Assembly (NCBI GenBank): GCA_963725865.1
Contig: CAVSAC010000012.1
Location: forward strand, 384,001 to 448,000
From: Candidatus Eiseniibacteriota bacterium
GTDB lineage: Bacteria; Eisenbacteria; RBG-16-71-46
Length of the DNA: 64,000 nt
Direction: 5' to 3'
The notes under the pieces are model-generated. The model saw only the letters and a program-made list of their open reading frames with translations, had not been told where the DNA came from and ran no database searches. Of the stretch, positions 19,712 to 28,622 are shown piece after piece (position 1 is the stretch's first letter; each line of letters starts with the position of its first letter). Made by a program: the position numbers and the translations under genes.

Positions 19712-22700
19712 TCAGGGCGCGACGCGCGAGCCGACGAGCACGAACGACGCCCACGTCGAAGCCCCGGCCGGCGCGCCCTGCCGCGGCCGCGTGCCCACGC
19801 CCCGGGCGCCGGCGGGGGCGGTCGAGCTCGCGCCGCGTCGCATCATCGCGAGCTTGCTTTCGCGCAGCGCGGCCGAGGGGCGGGCGCCGGCGGCGAGGCG
19901 CCGATAGAAGTCCACCATCAGGTCGGCCGCACTCGCATCCTCGATCCGCCACAGGCTGGCCACCACGTTGCGCGCGCCGGCGATCTGAAACGCGCGCACG
20001 AGCCCGAGCAGGCCTTCTCCGCGGCGCAGCCCGCCGCCTCCGGACTCGCACGCCGACAGGGTCGCCAGCTCGAGGCGCATCGGCGTCTCGACCACCTCGA
20101 ACGCCTGCACCAGCCCATCGGTGGGTGAGCCGGGGATAGCCACGTCGGGCGCGAGCACGAGTCCCGAATAGGCGGGGTGGTGGTCGTCCAGAAACCCGTG
20201 CGCGGCGACGTGGAGGATCGACGCCTGTCGGGCCTCGCGGAAGAACGCGGACTCCGACGCGCGTTCGGCGAGATAGACGCGGGCCGACGGAAACGCCTCG
20301 TGAATGGCCTCGACCTCGCGGCGCGCGTGCACGAGCCGTCCCGCGCGCGGGTAGCCGCGCGTGCTGTCCGGCGTGGCGAGGGAATCCTCCTCGCCGCGCG
20401 ATCCGCTCGCGGGGCCGGGCCGGGCCGGATCGCCGAACGCCACGAGCGACGACTCGTCCGCGCGCGGCGCGCGCGGTGGTGAACTCGTCAGCAACAGGCT
20501 GGCCGAAGCCGCGTGCACCACCTCGGTCGCCTCGATCAATGCGCGCGACCCGCCTCCGGGCGCGGCCACGCCGAGCGCCTCGAATGGCAATCCCAGCAGC
20601 GGGCCGTCGGGCACCAGATACAGCACGCCATCGGGCACGAGCGCCGGCCCGCCGGCCAGCAGCGTGTCCCCCAGGCCGCCAACGGCCTCGGCGCGCGCGC
20701 CTCCGGCTCGCAGTCGGCGGTTGACCGCCTCGACCCGCGTCGCCCAGAACGACTCGCCGATCGGCAGCACGCGCGCCTCGATGTGGTCGCGCCCGAAGCG
20801 CACGATCACCGTGTGCCGCGAGCCCGTCATGTAGGCGATCACCTCCTCGTTCGCACGCAGGGTCGCGCGCAGTGCGGCCGCCGAGGGCCGTTCCACGAGG
20901 CCTGCCAACGTGCCGTAGCCGGGCACCTCGAGTTCGACCCTGCGCACCAGCTCCTGGCGCTGGAGCTTGAGGGAGTCGGCGCGTCGCGCGAGCGAGCCGA
21001 TCCAGTGGTCACGCTCGCGGGCCGTGGCCTGCATCGCGATCAGGAGTGAGGCCTGCACGCCGCTCAGTTCCCGCTCGTTGCGTTCGAGCGCGTCCGCGAG
21101 CGGCCCGGCGACGCGTCCGCGCAGCCCGGGTGCCGCGCTCGCGACGATGCGCCGTAGTTCGCGCATGCGGGACTGCTCGAGCTGCTCCAGGGTGGCGGTC
21201 GCATCCCCGGCGCGCGCGTGTGCCACGGCCAGTGCGACCGCGGCGTCGTACCAGCTCGATCGGTAGCCCGAGCGCTCGTCGCTGGAGCCCAGCGAGGAGG
21301 CGATCCGTTCGCGGGATTGCACAACGCGCCGCAACCAGTACAGCGCCTCCCGCGAACGTCCGCGATCGAGGAGCGCCTCGCCGAGCCCGTGCGCCGCGGT
21401 CAGCGCCGCCACCGAATCCCCCGCCGAGACGTAGATCCGGTGCGCGCGCCTGAAATCGGCCGCCGCTCGCCACGGGTCGCCCGCGACGCAGCCGCAGCTC
21501 GCCGCGCGCGACGAGGTCCCTTGCCCGGCCGCTCGAGTCGGGGGAGAGCGCCACGCGAGCCAGCTCGCGGTCGAGCACCGCCAGCGCCTCGCCGGGTCGC
21601 CCGAGTGCATCCAGTGCGAACGCCTCCAGCCGGGCGGCCGCGCCCAGCTGTCGCGGCTCCCACGACCGTGCCGCGAGGCCGAACCCGCGCGCCTCTGCCA
21701 GCGCGGGCGTGGGCCGTCCGGCGGCGAGCAGCAGTTCGCAGTGCAGCGAGCGCAGCGCCAATTCGGCCCGGCGGTGCCCGGTGGCCTGGGCGGCGGCGAG
21801 CCCCAGCGCGGCGAAGCCCGTGGACTCCTCGACGTCGCCCAGGTCCCGCGCGATCTCGGCGCGGCGCAGGAGCAGGAACGGCAGGCGCGCGGGCAGCGCC
21901 AGCCTGCGGGCCAGCGCGATGGCGCTGTCGAGCTCCGCACGCGCGGCGTCGTAGCGACCCGCCATGGCCTCCAGCGAAGCGCGACTGTCGAGCAGCTGGA
22001 CCTGTTCGTCTGGCTCCCCGAGCCCGCGCGCGACCAGCGCAGCCGCGCGATCCAGCTGCTCGCGTGCCTCCGCCACGCGGCCGAGGTTCATGAACAGCTG
22101 GGCGAGGTCGCCGTACCGCCCGATCAGCGTGTGCGCGGGGGCCGTCGCGCGGGCATCGGCCAGCGCCTGCTGGTAGCTCTCGAGCGCGCCGTCGAAGTCC
22201 CCGAGCGCGCGTTGCACGTTTCCCAGCCCGCCCAGCGCCCGCGCGCGCAGCGTGCGGCTGCCGATCGCGTCCGCTGCGGCCAGCGCCGCCCGGTACTCGC
22301 GCCCGGCGTCGTCGAGCTCGCCCGCGAACTTGAGCACGTTGCCGAGGCCGCGGTGGGCGACCGAGAGCTGGTACGACGGTCCCAGCGGCTCCAGCAGCCG
22401 CACGGCCTCCTCGCGCCGCGGCCGGGCGCCGGCCGGGGCCTCGTCGTAGTCCTCGGACGCCAGCGCCAGCAGCACGTCGGCGATGGCAGCGGGATCACCC
22501 GAGCGGCGCGCCAGCGATTCGGCGCGAGCCAGCACGTCCTGCCGGCCGGCCGAGGCGCGCGCCGGGGTCGCGTACATGGCCCGGAACAGCGCCGCGCGCG
22601 ACGCGTCCGCCTCGCGCCCGGCCGCGAGGTAGAGCGTCTCGGCCGCGGCGAATGCGGCCGCCGCGGAGCCTCGCCGGTTGCGGCGCACGTCGAGCGCGGC

Positions 22701-23036
22701 CCGCGACAGGCTCTCGGCGGCCCGTGGCGCGGCGGCGGGATCGGTGAGCGAAGCGATCGCCGCCACGGAGTCGCGCACCTGCGGCGCGCAGTGGCCGCGC
22801 AACCATGCGCCGAGGAAGTCGTCGGCGTCCCGGGCCAGCCGCCCGTCGGCGATCGCCGCCAGCGAGTCGGGCCGGCGCGCCGCGGCCGCGCGCGCCGAGA
22901 CGTAGGCGTCCCAGAACGGGCCGGCGCCGGCAGCGGCGGGCGGCGGCGCCGCGGCCAGGCCGACCGCCAGCGAGACCGCGATCGCGAACGATCGCGGCCG
23001 GCCACCGCCTGGCAGGTCACGCACGCATCTCGGCAT
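19712..23036 (-). CDS. TPR-CHAT (caspase-like) protease with predicted signal peptide; +1 frameshift at 21480-21482
   Basis: TPR repeats in the 21009-23147 frame join the CHAT frame (VPDGPL..LPFEAL, ILHVAAHG, LSACESG, VASLWRIED, WASFVLVG) when one G of GGG is removed; ~1107 aa. Confidence 0.88.
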
Positions 23037-23103
23037 GGCACCAACGCTCCGGGGTCCGACGGCGCGGGCACCGCCGGAGTGTGCACCCGGCGGGCGGGGA
23101 TCG

Positions 23104-23132
23104 CCGCAACTTTCTCCCGGGCCATGGCCGTC
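23104..23132 (+). promoter_or_regulatory. ECF-type promoter upstream of the FG-GAP gene
   Basis: CCGCAACTT...GCCGTC (GCAACT-N17-CGTC), ~60 nt before the ATG. Confidence 0.6.
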
Positions 23133-23192
23133 TTCGCGTCGTTCCACGAAATCCAGACCGCGGGATGTCGCACATGCACACAGGAGGAAGCC

Positions 23193-26100
23193 ATGTCGAG
23201 ACTCCGGAACGCACTGCTCACGGGCGCCAGCTCGATCGCCCTTGCGGCCCTACTGGCCGTCACCGGTCATCTCGGGTTCACGCCCCGTCCGGCCGCGCGG
23301 AATTCCACCCCCGCGGTCCCTGCGTCGTGGTGGGAACAGGTCCAGCAGCGGATCGCCAGCGAGGAGTACTTCGCCACCGCCCAGCCGGGCGGGCTGCAGG
23401 CGCCGAATCGGGCGCAGGGGCTGCGGACGCACTTCGGGAACGAGGCGCTGGAGGTGGTGCCGCGGACCGGGGAAGCGCACTGGCGGCTGGAATGGCGGAC
23501 CACCGCGTGGGGTCGCGGCGAGGCGCTGCGTACGCCGGCCGCCGCGGTTCCGCAGGCGCGTGAGGCGCGCGTGGAATACGCGCGCGGCCCGCTGGTCGAG
23601 TGGTACGAGAACCGCCCCGAAGGGCTGGAGCAAGGCTTCACGATCGCAGCGCGCCCCTCGGGGGAGGGCGAGCTGCGCGTGCGCGGGCGCCTCGAGAGCG
23701 ACGGGCTCGCGCCGAAGCTGGCGGCCGGGGGCGGCGTGATTTCGCTGCGCGACCTCACCGGCGCCGAGGTGCTGCGCTATTCGGCGCTCGTGGCGCGAGA
23801 CGCCGGCGGTCGCGAGCTGCCGTCGCGGCTCGAGCAGCGCAGAAGCGACATCGATCTGGTGGTGGACGACACCGGCGCGCACTACCCGGTGACGATCGAC
23901 CCGCTGCTCGCGACGCCATCGTGGACGCACGAGGGCGACGCCGCCTCCGCCCAGTACGGCTACTCCGTGGCCACCGCGGGGGACGTGAACCACGATGGCT
24001 TCAGCGACCTCATCGTCGGTGCGCCGGTCTACGACAACGGTGGCGTGAAGGCGTGGGGACGCGTGTTCGTCTACATCGGCGGCGCCAACGGTCCGCCCCT
24101 CGTCGCGAACTGGGAGGCCTCGGTGAACGACACCGGCGACGTCGCCAAGTTCGGCCAGTGCGTCGCCAGCGCGGGCGACCTGAACGGCGACGGCTACGAC
24201 GACATCGTCGTCGGGGCGCCCGAGTTCTCGTCGAAGTTCTCCGACACGAGCGAGGGATTCGCGTTCGTGTGGTACGGCGGACCATCCGGCGGGGCCGGCG
24301 GTTCCTCGGGACTGGGCGCGTTCGGCACCATGGCCAACGCCGACTGGTACGCGCAGGCGAACCAGACCGACGCCAACCTCGGCTACTCGGTCGCGCACGC
24401 GGGCGATCTCAACGGCGACGGCTACGCCGACCTGGTCGTGGGCGCGCCCAGCTACACGAACGGGCAGCAGAACGAAGGCAGGGTGTTCGTGTGGATGGGC
24501 AGCGCCACGGGCCTGGGCGCGTTCGGAACGCCCGAGAACGCCGACTGGATCGCCGAGAGCGACGCTGCGCAGGCGCACCTCGGCTGGTCGGTGGCCGGGG
24601 CCGGCGACGTGAACGCCGACGGCTACGACGACCTGCTGGTCGGCGCGCCGGTCGCCAACGCGGCGCTGATGTGGCTCGGCGACGCCGCCGGGTTGGGCGC
24701 CATCGGCACGCCGTTCAACGCCGACTGGTCGGCCAACGGGACGCAGGCGGGCGCGCAGCTCGGCTACAGCGTGGCCACGGCCGGCGACGTGAACGGCGAC
24801 GGCTACGGCGACGTGATCGTGGGCGCACCGCGCTACGACAACCCCGCGGTCGACGAAGGCGAGGTGTTCGTCTGGCTGGGTGGCCCCGACGATCTGGGCG
24901 CCAACGGCAACCCCGTGAACGCGGACTGGAGCTACGACGCCGATATGGACTCGGTCCAGGTCGGCTTCTCCGTGGCCACGGCCGGCGATCTGAACGGGGA
25001 CGGCTTCGCGGACATCGTCGTCGGCGGCCCCGGCTACAGCGGTGGGCAGGTGCGCGAAGGGCTGGCGCTGGCGTTCCAGGGATCGGCCACGGGCCCCGGC
25101 GCGCTGCCGGTCTGGCTCTACGCGAGCAACGAGACGCTGGCGCAGTTGGGCTCGTCCGTGGCCACGGCGGGTGACGTGAACGGCGACGGCTTCAGCGACA
25201 TCGTGGTGGGCGCGTTCGCGCACACCGGCGACCTCGCGAACGAGGGTCAGGCGCTGCTGTTCTACGGCTACGCGCTCGGCCCCCAGACGGTGGCGTCGTG
25301 GCTCGGCGAGAAGAACATCGCCGGCGCTGGCCTCGGCACGCGCGTGGCGCCCGCCGGCGACATCAACGCCGACGGCTACAGCGACGTGCTCGTCAGCGCG
25401 CCCAACTATGACGGCGGCAACGTGGACGAAGGCCGCGTCTACCTGTTCATCGGACAGTCGCTCGGGCTGTCGATCAACCACGCCTGGAGCGCCGAGGGCA
25501 ACCAGACGGGAGCGTTCTTCGGTTCGTGCGTCGCCTCGGCCGGCGACGTGAACAACGACGGCTTCGATGACGTGCTCATCGGCGCCAGCGGTTACGACAG
25601 CGGCGCCCTGATCGACAACGGCGCCGTGTTCCTGTGGCGCGGCAGCGCTGCCGGCCTCGGCGTCAGCGGCACGCCCGCGAACGCCGCGTGGCGATACGAC
25701 GGCACGCAGGCGAGCGAATACGTAGGCCAGTCGGCCGCGGGAGCGGGCGACGTGAACGGCGACGGCTTCTCGGACGTGATCGTCGGCGGCTACGGCTGGA
25801 GCAACGGCCAGGCCGGCGAGGGCCACGTGCTCGCCTTCCACGGTGGCACGCTCGGGCTCGGGGCGGCGCCCGCGTGGACGGTCGAGCGCAACCAGGCCGG
25901 CATGCGTCTGGGCTACGCCGTCGCGGGCGCGGGCGACGTGAACGCCGACGGGTTCAGCGACGTGATCGTGAGCGCGCCGCTGTACTCGTCGACCGCGCAC
26001 ACCAACGACGGCCGTGCCTACGTCTTCCAGGGCAGCGCGACCGGCCTTCCGGCGGGTGCGGTCTGGACGGGAACCGGCGGCCAGGACTTCGGGTACTTCG

Positions 26101-27329
26101 GCCACTCGGTCGCCACCGCCGGCGACGTGAACGGCGACGGCTACAGCGACGTGATCGTGGGCGCCTACGGATACGACGGAGACCAGGCCGATGAAGGCCG
26201 CGTGTTCGTCTACCACGGATCGAGCACCGGGCCCGGCGTTGCCGCGGCGTGGACAGCGGAAAGCAACCAGAGCAACTCGCGCTTCGGCATCGCCGTCTCC
26301 ACCGGCGGGGACGTCAACGGCGACGGCTACAGCGACGTGCTGGTGGGCGCCGACGCCTACGTCGTGGCCGGCGTTTCGACCGGGCGCGCGTTCCTGTGGC
26401 TCGGTTCCGGCACCGGGCTGGGAGCGAACGGCTCGCCCTTGAACGACGACTGGACCGACGACGGCTCGCAGATCGGCGCGCAGGACGGCGACTTCGGCGC
26501 GTCGGTCGCGTGCGCCGGCGACGTGGACGGCGACGGCTTCAGCGACATCCTCGTCGGCGCTCCGTTGGCTGACGACGGCGAGGCCGACGAGGGCGTCGCG
26601 TACATGTTCTACGGCAATTCCAGCCACGGAATGGATCGGGCCATCATGCAGCGACGTCACGACGACGCGGGGCGTGTCGGCCTGCTCGGCTTCTCGAGCT
26701 CGGAGACCGCGTTCCGCATCCGCGCGCTGGCCCGCAGTGCCGGCGGGCGCGGCCGCACGCGGCTGGAGTACGAGTTCCGCACGCTCGGCGGGCCGTTCAC
26801 GCCGGGCAACGGCAGCCACAGCGCCAACTGGACCGACACTGGAGTTCCCGGCGCGCAGGGCAGCGTGGTTCCGCTCAACGACTACGTCAGCTTCGCGCCC
26901 AACGGCGGCGTCCTGCGCTGGCGCGCGCGTGTGGCCACCGACTCGCCGCTGTTCCCGCACGGACCGTGGCTGTCGATCCCCGGCAACGGGCGCACCGAAG
27001 GGGACATCCGCCTGCTGCACGGCGTGCTGGCGGTCGAGCCCTCGGCCCCAGCCGCGCTGGCGTTTGCCCTCGCTGGAGCCAACCCGTTCCGGAATCGGAT
27101 GCCGCTTCGCTTCTCGCTCCCGAGCGGGTCGCGCGTGCGACTCGAGGTGCTCGACGTGAGCGGCCGCCGCGTGACGACGTTGATGGACCGGGACCTGCCT
27201 GCGGGCACGCACGAAGCCTCGTGGGACGCTCGCGACGACGCTGGAGGAGTCGCAGCCCCCGGGGTCTACTTCGCGCGGCTTCGGGCGGGATCGCTCACTC
27301 GAGTGCTCAAGGTGGTGCGAGCCTTCTGA
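23193..27329 (+). CDS. Secreted integrin-alpha-like protein, 14 FG-GAP repeats, FlgD-Ig/T9SS-CTD-like tail (1378 aa)
   Basis: AGGAGG RBS; 14 copies of AGD(V/L/I)NxDG(Y/F)xD(V/I/L)xVGA; tail NPF...DVSGRRV...WDARD...GVYFARL. Confidence 0.92.
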   Translation: MSRLRNALLTGASSIALAALLAVTGHLGFTPRPAARNSTPAVPASWWEQVQQRIASEEYFATAQPGGLQAPNRAQGLRTHFGNEALEVVPRTGEAHWRLEWRTTAWGRGEALRTPAAAVPQAREARVEYARGPLVEWYENRPEGLEQGFTIAARPSGEGELRVRGRLESDGLAPKLAAGGGVISLRDLTGAEVLRYSALVARDAGGRELPSRLEQRRSDIDLVVDDTGAHYPVTIDPLLATPSWTHEGDAASAQYGYSVATAGDVNHDGFSDLIVGAPVYDNGGVKAWGRVFVYIGGANGPPLVANWEASVNDTGDVAKFGQCVASAGDLNGDGYDDIVVGAPEFSSKFSDTSEGFAFVWYGGPSGGAGGSSGLGAFGTMANADWYAQANQTDANLGYSVAHAGDLNGDGYADLVVGAPSYTNGQQNEGRVFVWMGSATGLGAFGTPENADWIAESDAAQAHLGWSVAGAGDVNADGYDDLLVGAPVANAALMWLGDAAGLGAIGTPFNADWSANGTQAGAQLGYSVATAGDVNGDGYGDVIVGAPRYDNPAVDEGEVFVWLGGPDDLGANGNPVNADWSYDADMDSVQVGFSVATAGDLNGDGFADIVVGGPGYSGGQVREGLALAFQGSATGPGALPVWLYASNETLAQLGSSVATAGDVNGDGFSDIVVGAFAHTGDLANEGQALLFYGYALGPQTVASWLGEKNIAGAGLGTRVAPAGDINADGYSDVLVSAPNYDGGNVDEGRVYLFIGQSLGLSINHAWSAEGNQTGAFFGSCVASAGDVNNDGFDDVLIGASGYDSGALIDNGAVFLWRGSAAGLGVSGTPANAAWRYDGTQASEYVGQSAAGAGDVNGDGFSDVIVGGYGWSNGQAGEGHVLAFHGGTLGLGAAPAWTVERNQAGMRLGYAVAGAGDVNADGFSDVIVSAPLYSSTAHTNDGRAYVFQGSATGLPAGAVWTGTGGQDFGYFGHSVATAGDVNGDGYSDVIVGAYGYDGDQADEGRVFVYHGSSTGPGVAAAWTAESNQSNSRFGIAVSTGGDVNGDGYSDVLVGADAYVVAGVSTGRAFLWLGSGTGLGANGSPLNDDWTDDGSQIGAQDGDFGASVACAGDVDGDGFSDILVGAPLADDGEADEGVAYMFYGNSSHGMDRAIMQRRHDDAGRVGLLGFSSSETAFRIRALARSAGGRGRTRLEYEFRTLGGPFTPGNGSHSANWTDTGVPGAQGSVVPLNDYVSFAPNGGVLRWRARVATDSPLFPHGPWLSIPGNGRTEGDIRLLHGVLAVEPSAPAALAFALAGANPFRNRMPLRFSLPSGSRVRLEVLDVSGRRVTTLMDRDLPAGTHEASWDARDDAGGVAAPGVYFARLRAGSLTRVLKVVRAF

Positions 27330-27517
27330 GGCGTCGCGCGGCTGGGAGAGGATCCAGAACGCGCGGGGCGGCTGGCCTGGGTGTGGAGTCGCAGCACGTC
27401 ATTGACAGTCGGCTCCGAGCCGGCGGATGGGTGGACGCTCGCACAGACTACCGTGCGGGCGTTCGCGGTTGCAGTGGCGCAGCCACGGCCGCAGGACCGG
27501 CGGTGGGCCGCCTTCGC

Positions 27518-28492
27518 TCAGTGGTACAGGCTCTTGATCCGCCCCCAGCTCGTGGCCTGCGTCGGCGTCGTGTCGCGGCTGAACTTCTGGATGCGGTGGT
27601 TGCCGGTGTCGGCCACGTAGATGTTGCCGGCCGCATCGGTCGCCACGCCGCGCGGCGCGTTGAACTGCCCATCGCCGCTGCCGAGCGAGCCCCACTGGGT
27701 CTGGTAGACGCCCGTGCTCGTGAAGCTCTCGATCCGGGGGCTGCCGTTGTCGACCACGTACACGTTGCCGTCGGCATCGGTCGCCACCGCCATGTCGCTG
27801 CTGAACTGCCCGTCGCCGTTGCCCGGCGATCCCCACTGCGTCAGGTACGTGCCGCTGCCAGTGAACTTCTGGACGCGATAGTTGCCGAAGTCCGCGACGT
27901 ACACGTTGCCGTCGGCGTCGGTCGCGACACCGGCGGGGTAGAGGAACTCGCCGTCGCCGCTGCCGGGCGCGCCCCACTCGGTCACCAGGGCGCCGGTGTC
28001 GGTGAACCTCTGCACCCGGAACGGGTGGATCAGCGTGGGCTCGGCGTACGTGACGAACACGTCGCCGGTCGCGTCGGTCGCAATGCCGCTGCCGGGGGCG
28101 GTCGCGAACCACTGGGTCACGAAGCCGCCGGTGCCGGTGAACTTCTGGATGCGACCGTTGTCGAACACGTACACGTTGCCGCTGGGGTCGGTCGCGATGG
28201 CGACCGGGTTGTCGAACTGTCCCTCGCCGCTGCCGGGCGTGCCCCACTGGGTGAGGTAGGCGCCCGTCGCGGTGAACTTCTGGATGCGAGCATTGCCCAG
28301 GTCCGCGACGTAGACGTCACCCGCGGGATCGGTGGCCACACCGCGCGGCGAGCTGAACTGGCCGTCGCCGCCGCCGAACGAGCCCCATTGCGTGACGTAG
28401 GTGGGAGCCTGGGCGCCGGCCCGCGCGGGCAGCGTGCACGCCAGGCCGAGTATCGCGAGCGGGATCGCGGTGCGCTGGAGCCACGGGGTCAT
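27518..28492 (-). CDS. Secreted 6x NHL-repeat beta-propeller with C-terminal SWGRIKSLYH tag
   Basis: Six QWG..G.GDGQF..P.GVATD..GNVYVAD..N.RIQKF-type repeats; GGAGG RBS; signal peptide. Confidence 0.9.
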   Translation of the reverse strand: MTPWLQRTAIPLAILGLACTLPARAGAQAPTYVTQWGSFGGGDGQFSSPRGVATDPAGDVYVADLGNARIQKFTATGAYLTQWGTPGSGEGQFDNPVAIATDPSGNVYVFDNGRIQKFTGTGGFVTQWFATAPGSGIATDATGDVFVTYAEPTLIHPFRVQRFTDTGALVTEWGAPGSGDGEFLYPAGVATDADGNVYVADFGNYRVQKFTGSGTYLTQWGSPGNGDGQFSSDMAVATDADGNVYVVDNGSPRIESFTSTGVYQTQWGSLGSGDGQFNAPRGVATDAAGNIYVADTGNHRIQKFSRDTTPTQATSWGRIKSLYH

Positions 28493-28622
28493 GGGAGCGC
28501 CTCCGGATGGGAAGGTCATCCCTGAAGTGAGCCGCGCGGCCAGCAGACTCAAGCGTAGGCGCCGTAGTCGCGGCTCACCAGCCCCAAGTGAGGGCTGGTG
28601 AGTGCCGCGACCGCGTCCCGCC

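Noticed and set aside
18157..23036. Type III-E CRISPR (Craspase) locus
   Set aside because: No cas genes or repeat-spacer array in the window; only the CHAT-plus-sigma logic is similar.
23960..26560. Periodic DNA repeats (ggcgacgtgaacggcgacggc) as a CRISPR-like array
   Set aside because: In-frame, degenerate coding repeats of FG-GAP blades; the same applies to the NHL repeats at 27.6-28.4 kb.
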